In this document: positions 55,026 to 64,000 of the stretch, in pieces
How the letters are laid out: every line of letters begins with the position of its first letter
Position numbering within the stretch: the first letter of the stretch is position 1
Assembly (NCBI GenBank): GCA_034004115.1
Contig: JAVEXG010000007.1
Coordinates: 213-64,212, forward strand
Direction: 5' to 3'
Origin: Bacteroidales bacterium
GTDB taxonomy: Bacteria > Bacteroidota > Bacteroidia > Bacteroidales > VadinHA17
DNA length: 64,000 bases
Notes under the pieces: model-generated
What the model saw: only the letters and a program-made list of their open reading frames with translations
The model's database searches: none
Told to the model about the DNA's origin: nothing
Made by a program: the position numbers and the translations under genes

Positions 55026-56996
55026 TTACTTCCTGCCGATAATTGTGATCATGGCTGCCGGCGGAAGCGTTAATTTAAATGAACCGCCTTCAGCTTTTAT
55101 TGTTCCTGTCTTTTCCATGTTTTTCTCAGAATCCGTGACAAAGACTTCCACACTGCTTACAGCGGCGGGGATTCCCCTTATTTCGGCAGGCCTTCCGGGT
55201 CCGTTGTTAACCATGTGTACGGCATATTCCCCGCTGGCAAGGTTGCCGAATGCCGCAACATTGATCTCTTCCCGGTTCGACTTAACAGGGAGGGAGAAAG
55301 CTCCTTCGGGAGTAGAGGCAAGCTGTTTCAGGTTCCAGAACCGCCTGGTCGGCTGAAGGGGTCCTTCAGTCCCGTAGATGCCTTCTCCCCTGAGCACGGA
55401 ATAATCTGAGGTCAGCTGCCACTGAAGTATTGAAAGCGGCTGGCAGATTGAACAGATCCTGATGTAAAGGTTGATCTCGTAAAGTGCAAAAGTCTGCTCA
55501 TAGAATATTTCAGGATAGGTCCATGCAGCAGCATCGGTACTTCCTTCGGCAACTATCAGGGGCAGATTCATCTTCCGGGCTGCTCCGGCCCATTTCTCAA
55601 GGGTTTCGTCATCGCATCCCCTCCAGGAGTGAAACGACACTGCCCCGATGTATTTATGAGTCTCCGGATCGTCCATCGCCGGAACGATGAAATCGAAGGT
55701 GGTGGCATCGGAGTTGTCGCCAAGCAGTAATCTGGTAGCTAATCCCCTGGAGGCCATATAGGCGCCGAAGCCCTTGATGAAATCTGCATGTTCCTTTCCG
55801 GTGTGACGCACATTGATCCCAAGATCCGATTCGTTGAATGAGAACATATCCGGTTCGACACCATAATTCTGCTTCATGTAAACAATGTAATCAGCCAGCG
55901 ATTTGTATATCTGTTCTGTTTTCGCAGGGTTAAGCGGGTAGCCGTAGATACCCTTGCTCCTGAACCGGAATGCGTCAGCAGGATCGCCGAGGATGGCCCA
56001 TGCCGGGGCTGACCAGTCGCTCAGTATAACAGGCATTCCTTTTTCAGCAAGCCGCTGAGCCATCAGCATCGATTCATGAACATGCTTGTTCAGTTTACCT
56101 GCCTTTGCATCGCTTGCCGGATCGCTGTTTTCATCGGGATGCCACATGCTCCATGGCATTTCAACCCTTCCCCAGGCAACTCTCATATTGTCGAGGCAGT
56201 AACCGATTACAGCCGGATCGGCCTTTGGATTCTGAAGCCTGAAATTACCTCCGAAGCCGTCAAACCGGCGGCCGGGATTGTCTGCATCCACATCGATGAT
56301 GACAGGTGTCCTGTCGATTGTACCCCGTGTATTGAATGTAAAGGTGCGCTGAATCTGCTGGTTCTTTCTTACATTCTTCCCTGCCATACCGATGTAAACG
56401 AGGTAACCCGTTGAATCCTCATCCCTGGTGATAACTACCGGCGATGTTGAGCTGAACGATACGGAGAACTGCTGTTCGGGCGATTCAACTGATATAATTC
56501 GTGTGGAAAGCCTGCGTATCTTATCCTTGTCCGACACCAGGTCAGAAAGCTTCTGACTGTTCCCCGAGCTGCCCAGCCTTATCGTGCCATCGGAATAATA
56601 TTTTCCCGGGAGCCGGATGCAGAACCAGACACCTGCTATAACAGTGTCCCTTTCCGACTTTGTTATTATCGTAACTTCAGCTGAGCCCGGACCTTTTTCA
56701 ATCACCCGTTCTGTGAACAGAAATCCGGCAAAGGCAGTCTCTACTGTCTGGATATTGCCATCCCGCTGATATGCAGGTCTTGCCTGCTTTTCCTTTCCTG
56801 TGGCGACAATATTCTCCCAGTTCCTGCCAACAACCCTGAGACTTGTTTCGAACTCCATAAGCTGACCTTCCACCCTTATGCCGGTGATGTTCCCCCAGGC
56901 CATCACCTCGGTCTGGGCTGTGGCTGAAAACATGGCTGAAAAGCTCATTATCAGCCCGATAGAAAGGATCTTAAAAAAATGTGATCTGTTTACCAT
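55026..56996 (-). CDS. Secreted glycoside hydrolase, clan GH-A-like TIM barrel (GH30/GH5-like) with an unassigned ~230-aa N-terminal domain
   Basis: 656 aa. Signal peptide, DGFGGNF, FSFNESD (candidate acid/base NE), SFHSW, LIVAEGS (candidate nucleophile) and a C-terminal beta-sandwich-like tail. The family is not resolved by eye. Confidence 0.45.
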   Translation of the reverse strand: MVNRSHFFKILSIGLIMSFSAMFSATAQTEVMAWGNITGIRVEGQLMEFETSLRVVGRNWENIVATGKEKQARPAYQRDGNIQTVETAFAGFLFTERVIEKGPGSAEVTIITKSERDTVIAGVWFCIRLPGKYYSDGTIRLGSSGNSQKLSDLVSDKDKIRRLSTRIISVESPEQQFSVSFSSTSPVVITRDEDSTGYLVYIGMAGKNVRKNQQIQRTFTFNTRGTIDRTPVIIDVDADNPGRRFDGFGGNFRLQNPKADPAVIGYCLDNMRVAWGRVEMPWSMWHPDENSDPASDAKAGKLNKHVHESMLMAQRLAEKGMPVILSDWSAPAWAILGDPADAFRFRSKGIYGYPLNPAKTEQIYKSLADYIVYMKQNYGVEPDMFSFNESDLGINVRHTGKEHADFIKGFGAYMASRGLATRLLLGDNSDATTFDFIVPAMDDPETHKYIGAVSFHSWRGCDDETLEKWAGAARKMNLPLIVAEGSTDAAAWTYPEIFYEQTFALYEINLYIRICSICQPLSILQWQLTSDYSVLRGEGIYGTEGPLQPTRRFWNLKQLASTPEGAFSLPVKSNREEINVAAFGNLASGEYAVHMVNNGPGRPAEIRGIPAAVSSVEVFVTDSEKNMEKTGTIKAEGGSFKLTLPPAAMITIIGRK

Positions 56997-57036
56997 TTTA
57001 ACTAATGTTTATGTTGTTGTACCGGACTGTCCGATA

Positions 57037-59034
57037 CTATTCTGTCTTTTCAAGTCTGGCCGCCCATCCTCCTCCGCTCATCATCTTGATTTTGAGAGTA
57101 TCGCCTTTCGTGATTGTAATAACTTCCGTGGTATAGTCGGTGGCGTCGCGGTCGGCGTTTATCCCGTCGCTGAATAACTCAGCCCTGTAATTTCCTTCAG
57201 GAAGGAACGAAAAATCGATAGTAAGTTCCCTTGGTGTCCAGCTGGTCATTGCCCCGACAAACCATGTATCCGCTTTTCTGCGGGCTATGGCCACATATTC
57301 GGCCACCTTGCCATCGAGAGGAACGGTTTCGTCAAAGGTCGTTGGAATTTTTGTTATGAATGAGGTGCATTCCGGTTCCCTGAGATAGGCTGTGGGATTG
57401 TCGGCCAGCATCTGGACAGGCACCTCGAAAACAATGTACTGGGCCATCATGTTGACTCTTGTGCCCTGACCCATGGGATGGGAATTGACAGCCCTGAAAT
57501 TAGAGCGGTTGGAATTCCTCATTGCTCCGGAGGTATAATCCATCGGACCGGCCTGGTTCCTGATGAAAGGTATTGTAACGGCATAGCGGGGACCGTCGGG
57601 ATTAGCCCATTTGAAGTTTTCGAGTCCGTAAACTCCCTCATAGCCCACAACATTGGGGTAGGTGCGCTGAAGACCCGTGGGCTTGAAAACGCCGTGATAG
57701 TCGACCAATAATTTATGACCGGCCGCCTGACGGGCAATTTCATATGTGGATGCAACAGCAACCTGGTCATCGCGGTCGACGAAATCGATCTTCATTCCTT
57801 TTATCCCTGTCTTTTCGTAGTAAGGAAATGCCTTGTCTTTCTGGGCAAGCACATCTTTCCAGGAACACCAGACTATTATTCCGACGCCTTTCAGTTTGCC
57901 GTAGGCCACGAGTTCATCGAGATCGATTTCAGACCTGGCTTTGGTCAGATCGCCGGCGACGTTCCAGCCGCCATCAAGCAGAATGTACGGAATTCCGTAG
58001 AGGGCCGCAAAATCGATGTAATACTTGTATGAGGCTGTATTCATTCCGGCCCTGAAACCGACATTGGATATGTTCATGTTGCTCCACCAGTCCCATGCAA
58101 CCTGGCCGGGCTTTATCCACGAGATGTCGCCGAGCCGGTTCGGAGAAGCCAGCTTCTGGACAATATCGCAATCAAGAAGTTCCCTGTCACTTTCACTAAT
58201 TGCAACCACGCGCCAGGGAAAGCTTCTCGTGCCGTCGGTCCTGGCTATGTAACCGGCTCTTCTTATCGGGATAATATTGATGCCCTGAACGTAGGTTTCA
58301 ATGGGATAGGGGGCAAACACACCCATCAGGCCTTTGCCGGTGGCGTTGAGGTCGAGATACATGCCGGGATAGTTTTCGAGGTCGGCCTCGAGGATCAGGG
58401 CTTTCTTACCCTGACCGGCATCGACAAGCACCGGAAGGAAAGCAAGTGAGTCCTTCGGGAACTGCGACAGGCTGATTTCCCTGTAAGTGGCCTCGAATGA
58501 AGAGTTGAAGATTTTGCCGTCGCGGTAATCCCACTGAATGGGTATGAAGGCCTGATGATCGGCCGTGAAATTGAAGCTGGCCTCTTCCTCACTGACGGTT
58601 ATATCGCCGGGCCGGTTTGTGAAAAAACGGTAAGCCACCGCATCATCATAGACGCGGAAGATTATCCCGTAGTCGCCGCGGAAGCTGAGGGTGACCTGGG
58701 TGCAGACATCCTGCACGACAGCCTTGCGGTAGTTGATTGCATTGAAACTGGTATTTATCTTTTCGGTTTTCTGTCGTGCAATCCCTGTATTATCACCGAG
58801 AATCTCCCCGCTTTGAAGAGTCATTGATATAGGTGAAGCGGCTATTATCTCCTGTCCTTTGTGAAACACCGACCATTGAAGTTTTGGTACAGTTTCAACC
58901 CTGACAAGAATAGCTCCTCCGGGAGATGTGATTTCCAGCGGCTTTTTCTTCTGGGCATTGAGTGAAGGCAAAGAAATCAGTGCAGCTGCAAGGAAAACAA
59001 GTTGAAATTTCAGGATCTTCATAATTGGTGACAT
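57037..59034 (-). CDS. Glycoside hydrolase family 97 (SusB-like alpha-glucosidase/alpha-galactosidase)
   Basis: 665 aa. Signal peptide and GH97 signatures GMKIDFVDRDDQ, DYHGVFKPTGLQRTYPN and GYEGVYGLE. Confidence 0.9.
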   Translation of the reverse strand: MSPIMKILKFQLVFLAAALISLPSLNAQKKKPLEITSPGGAILVRVETVPKLQWSVFHKGQEIIAASPISMTLQSGEILGDNTGIARQKTEKINTSFNAINYRKAVVQDVCTQVTLSFRGDYGIIFRVYDDAVAYRFFTNRPGDITVSEEEASFNFTADHQAFIPIQWDYRDGKIFNSSFEATYREISLSQFPKDSLAFLPVLVDAGQGKKALILEADLENYPGMYLDLNATGKGLMGVFAPYPIETYVQGINIIPIRRAGYIARTDGTRSFPWRVVAISESDRELLDCDIVQKLASPNRLGDISWIKPGQVAWDWWSNMNISNVGFRAGMNTASYKYYIDFAALYGIPYILLDGGWNVAGDLTKARSEIDLDELVAYGKLKGVGIIVWCSWKDVLAQKDKAFPYYEKTGIKGMKIDFVDRDDQVAVASTYEIARQAAGHKLLVDYHGVFKPTGLQRTYPNVVGYEGVYGLENFKWANPDGPRYAVTIPFIRNQAGPMDYTSGAMRNSNRSNFRAVNSHPMGQGTRVNMMAQYIVFEVPVQMLADNPTAYLREPECTSFITKIPTTFDETVPLDGKVAEYVAIARRKADTWFVGAMTSWTPRELTIDFSFLPEGNYRAELFSDGINADRDATDYTTEVITITKGDTLKIKMMSGGGWAARLEKTE

Positions 59035-59158
59035 AAATGATTACCGGTTCCGGGATAAGACATCCTGGTTTTTCAGGAATATAAAGATAAAATTTTGACA
59101 GGAAAAAGTTCCAAAGGAGGAACTATTATAATGTTTTCCGGTGGAGCAAGAATCAATG

Positions 59159-60706
59159 TTACCTGATAACAAACCAGTCGAAGTCGACATGTCCTCCCGG
59201 TGTTTTTCCGGCGTAGTTGAACAACCCGAACCTGTAACCCATAAAATGAGGCATTGAATATTCCATCTTCAGCTTGTTGCCTATCGGGATCCAGGTTTTT
59301 TCGTCAAGACTGTAACTGAACCATGCCGTGTCGGCCTTATCCCTGAAGTCGCATTCAGCTTTCAGGTAAACAGTAAGCCCCGAAAGCGGAACACTTTCAA
59401 TTTCAACCGGTCTCTCCGACTGGGCGCTTACCATCACTATCTTCTTTGATCCGTTTTCATATTTCACTCCCACCTGGCCGAATTTACGTTGCAGCAAAGC
59501 CAGCCCGGCAAAATCTCCTTCCTTCATTTTTCTGACATCTATCCGGGTCGATCCCTCACAGGCGGGACCGAAAGTTCTCTGGGTGAGGGTGTTCCTGGCC
59601 GAAACAAAGGAGGTGTCAACCCTGCCCGTTGTAAGGCGGAGATAACCTTTCCGCTGGTTGAGGGACCAGAACATATTATCAGGATTATGATTCCATTGCC
59701 ATACAAGTGGAAGCGGACGCTCTCCCCTCCGGCGTTTGAAGTTGTCGGATGCCACAATCCCGGGAATCAGCCCACTGCTTGCAGGGAGGTCAAGGTTAAC
59801 AGGGACCTTCCCGTCAACCCCAAGGATTGGCCAGCCATCTTCCCATTTCACCGGAACAAGGTAAGGTATGCGGCCCACCGATCCGTAATCCCTGAACAGG
59901 TAAGCAAACCACCGGCCATCGGGTGTATCTACAAGTCCACCCTGAGCCACCCCCAGATCCTGCAGGGCAAGTTTCCCTTCCCATGGTCCGGTTATGCTTC
60001 CGGCCCTGTGAATGACAACCGTGCGCATTCCTCCCCTTGGCCAGGTGATATTGAAAAGATAATATTTCCCGTCGATTTTAAACAGCTGTGATCCTTCAGC
60101 GCCAAGACTGATATTATCCCCGGCAGGGGCGCTTGCATTCTCGATTATTACCTGTTCGGTTGTACCGGGCTTAATTCCCGTCAGGTCAGGACTTAGTTCG
60201 ACAAGCTTCAGCCGGCGCACTCCGTAAATCATGTACACCCGTCCGTCATCGTCAAAAAACAGTGTGTGATCATGAAGGCTCGGGCTGAAGGATTTCACCT
60301 CCCATGGCCCTTTTTCAATGTCTTTTGTCGAATAGATATAAGTCTTACCGGTAGTCTGGGCAAAGGTGGAAACATAGTAAGTCCCCTGATGATAGCGAAT
60401 GCAGCTGGCCCATGTGCCCCTGCCGTAAGTACTTTTGCCGTTTTCAAGATTCAGCTCATCGACATCGTCGAGTATGTCGTAGGCATAGTTCACTATCTGC
60501 CAGTTGACAAGGTCTTTTGACTTCATTATGGGGACACCCGGACTCATGTGCATCGTGGTGCTGCTCATGTAGTATGTGTCGCCGACTCTCATCATCGACA
60601 TATCGGGAACATCGGCAAAGATGACCGGATTCCGGGCGGAGCCCGGCTGAGAGTATATTTCGACAGTGATAATTGTGATTATCACTATCATCAATCCTTT
60701 CTTCAT
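59159..60706 (-). CDS. Glycoside hydrolase family 43 (beta-xylosidase/alpha-L-arabinofuranosidase type) with a C-terminal ConA-like domain
   Basis: 515 aa. NPVIFADVPDMSMMRVGDTYYMSSTT five-bladed-propeller start, a WAS...motif region and a C-terminal beta-sandwich. Confidence 0.88.
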   Translation of the reverse strand: MKKGLMIVIITIITVEIYSQPGSARNPVIFADVPDMSMMRVGDTYYMSSTTMHMSPGVPIMKSKDLVNWQIVNYAYDILDDVDELNLENGKSTYGRGTWASCIRYHQGTYYVSTFAQTTGKTYIYSTKDIEKGPWEVKSFSPSLHDHTLFFDDDGRVYMIYGVRRLKLVELSPDLTGIKPGTTEQVIIENASAPAGDNISLGAEGSQLFKIDGKYYLFNITWPRGGMRTVVIHRAGSITGPWEGKLALQDLGVAQGGLVDTPDGRWFAYLFRDYGSVGRIPYLVPVKWEDGWPILGVDGKVPVNLDLPASSGLIPGIVASDNFKRRRGERPLPLVWQWNHNPDNMFWSLNQRKGYLRLTTGRVDTSFVSARNTLTQRTFGPACEGSTRIDVRKMKEGDFAGLALLQRKFGQVGVKYENGSKKIVMVSAQSERPVEIESVPLSGLTVYLKAECDFRDKADTAWFSYSLDEKTWIPIGNKLKMEYSMPHFMGYRFGLFNYAGKTPGGHVDFDWFVIR

Positions 60707-60715
60707 GGAAGGTTT

Positions 60716-62420
<1,705 letters not shown>

Positions 62421-62568
62421 ATCTGCAATTTTCAGGTAAACAAATTCAGGCGGATCTTGTTTGAATCAAAGTTACATCCGGAAATGGTGGAAATCAAGTT
62501 TTTTATTGTTTTGCGGAATTTTCCTGACTTATGACGCTATCAAAATTTGTCTGGTTTGTGTTATTTTA

Positions 62569-62659
62569 CCACGGATTTCACGGAGAACACGGGCAATGCA
62601 CGGATTGTCTCAAATAAAAATCTCCGTGATTTTATCCGTGAAACCCGTGAAACCCGTGG
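62569..62659. repeat. Mirror array of four CACGG repeats followed by four CCGTG repeats (imperfect ~38-nt inverted arms)
   Basis: CACGG starts at 62570, 62579, 62588 and 62599. CCGTG starts at 62624, 62636, 62645 and 62654. Spacings are 9, 9, 11 on the left and 12, 9, 9 on the right. The outer arms CCACGGATTTCACGG / CCGTGAAACCCGTGG are near-complementary. Confidence 0.85.
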
Positions 62660-62784
62660 TGAATCAATTCGTGGAGATCAATTTTCTTAATATAAATGCT
62701 AAGAAATCTGCAATTTATCTCCAATTTGCAGCGCGAATTAGTGCAGTGTCTGGGGTACAACCGTGTTATAGAAAGTTGTGTTAA

Positions 62785-63303
62785 TCAGTCCGGAAATATG
62801 AGATTATCTCTTGAACTCCATTCTTTTAAACTGGTTATAAGATCATCTATCTCGGAAAGGTGCAACTTCAGATGTACGGGGAAATCCAGTATCATGGCCC
62901 TGAGTGTTACACTCTGACCCGGACCGGAAATCCATTCATTTTCAAGTTTCGATTCTTTTACGTTTTTGATTACATGGCAAAAGTGGAGCAGGGAGAATTT
63001 CCACAGCTGTACCATAATACTCCAATCCTCTTTCTGATATTTCTGGATAGCTATCCATCTGTCATTGTTGCCGAAGGTTGCATAGTTGGGAAAATTGAAA
63101 GGACTTTTCTGGTATTGAAGATGAACCACTCGGTGAGTATTATTTGATGTCGAGTCAATGAGATGTCCCAATATCTGTTTTATGGTTCTGTTTTGACTGT
63201 TTTTTGCAGCGCCAAGGATATCATCATTTAACTCTATAAGTCGTGGTTCCCAGGTTTCAACCAGGGATGTAATCTCCCGTATTATTGCTTCACTTTCCTT
63301 CAT
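62785..63303 (-). CDS. DinB-superfamily-like four-helix-bundle protein
   Basis: 172 aa. Spaced His residues in helix contexts (ILGHLIDS..., ...THRVVHLQ, ...VHLKLHLSE) resemble the DinB_2 His triad. Confidence 0.5.
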   Translation of the reverse strand: MKESEAIIREITSLVETWEPRLIELNDDILGAAKNSQNRTIKQILGHLIDSTSNNTHRVVHLQYQKSPFNFPNYATFGNNDRWIAIQKYQKEDWSIMVQLWKFSLLHFCHVIKNVKESKLENEWISGPGQSVTLRAMILDFPVHLKLHLSEIDDLITSLKEWSSRDNLIFPD

Positions 63304-63329
63304 GGATATTATCTTTTGTACCTGGTTTA

Positions 63330-63686
63330 TTAATCAGTGATCATTTTCAAAAAATCTCCGTCAATTATCAATAATTTCACTCCGTTAACTGTACTTGAAC
63401 GATGAGAACTCAAATCATCTGTAACCACATAGGTCATTCCTTTTGACAAAACGGATTTCTTACCATCATTAAGCTCACTCACAAAATCGCCTTCAAGACA
63501 GTGCACTATATGTCCTTTTGTGCACCAGTGGTCAGCAACATAACCTTTTGAATATTCAACTAATCTTATTCGCAGTCCTTCAAATTGCAATGTCTGCCAG
63601 TAAGCAATACCAGTTTCTCCCTTGTGTTCTGTCTTTGGGATGTTCGACCAATCGACAGTCTGAAATGGAATGTTTTTGTTATTCAT
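63330..63686 (-). CDS. Small cupin-fold protein
   Basis: 118 aa. Beta-rich with HWCTKGHIVHCLEGDF and a second His-containing strand. Resembles single-domain cupins. Confidence 0.5.
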   Translation of the reverse strand: MNNKNIPFQTVDWSNIPKTEHKGETGIAYWQTLQFEGLRIRLVEYSKGYVADHWCTKGHIVHCLEGDFVSELNDGKKSVLSKGMTYVVTDDLSSHRSSTVNGVKLLIIDGDFLKMITD

Positions 63687-63723
63687 TTTTTTACATTTTA
63701 ATAGTCCCGGTTGTAAATATCTT

Positions 63724-64000
63724 TTATCTGTCTGTTAAGCGATTGTAATCGAGGAGATTATTGATCTGGGCGGCAAAAAGCAGGGCAAATATGATCTGGA
63801 ACGGTATTGCGAATTTATCAATTCTGATGCCCATGATTGGTTCCTGAACCATAGGCAGAACCACCGAAATAATTATGCCGAATACTGATCCGGCAAGGAA
63901 AAAAATCCACGAAAGCCTGACGTTCCTTTTGATACCGGACCTGTGCTTTTGACTTAATTCCACAAGTCCCATGACTTTGTCATCAAAATCAGGGAAAGGA
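63724..64000 (-). CDS. Hypothetical small membrane protein, possibly 5'-truncated by the window edge
   Basis: Two hydrophobic segments. The reading frame stays open upstream of the Met at 63972 to the window end. Confidence 0.3.
   Translation of the reverse strand, partial: PFPDFDDKVMGLVELSQKHRSGIKRNVRLSWIFFLAGSVFGIIISVVLPMVQEPIMGIRIDKFAIPFQIIFALLFAAQINNLLDYNRLTDR

Overview
This window is about 64 kb of densely packed chromosome, read as Bacteroidota because it carries the type IX secretion/gliding genes gldH, porX and a porW/sprE-like gene, a GH97 enzyme, a CarbopepD-type TonB-dependent receptor and TAnnTTTG-type -7 boxes. All family assignments are by-eye recognition of translated motifs; no searches were run. 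Most of it is core housekeeping: glmS, metG, gltX, pgk, carB, nrdJ (class II RNR), tdh-kbl, holB, trmB, tsaE, tcdA, tpx, mrp/nifU-like and waaA. It also holds a surface-polysaccharide operon (wbpE/wbpD/wbpB-like plus galE and rfbB), a NarL-type two-component pair, and a minus-strand CAZyme run (CE1-like esterase, GH43, GH97, an unassigned clan GH-A-like hydrolase) with no SusC/D pair. I recognised no rRNA, tRNA, CRISPR array, transposase, integrase, phage gene or defence system, and no convincing novel multi-gene protein system. The unexplained signal is non-coding, and falls into three classes. (1) Mosaic arrays of 7-14 bp micro-tandem repeats fill whole intergenic spacers, and their words recur at unrelated loci (41272-41446, 42633-42648, 49944-49978, 31979-32068, 62569-62659). 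(2) GC-rich C-tract/G-tract hairpin elements occur as a roughly 73-nt pair (7732-7808 and 21182-21255) and as a perfect 27-bp inverted repeat flanking a 138-bp AT-rich core (39801-39992). (3) Four GTTATAAC palindromes at 11-bp period fill the tatD-tcdA spacer (44876-44916). Secondary points are a DUF4954-like beta-helix protein coupled to glmS, an alkyltransferase-like protein with Cys replaced by Ala, an apparently exported SAM-methyltransferase fold, and an AT-richer segment from about 61.9 kb to the window end.
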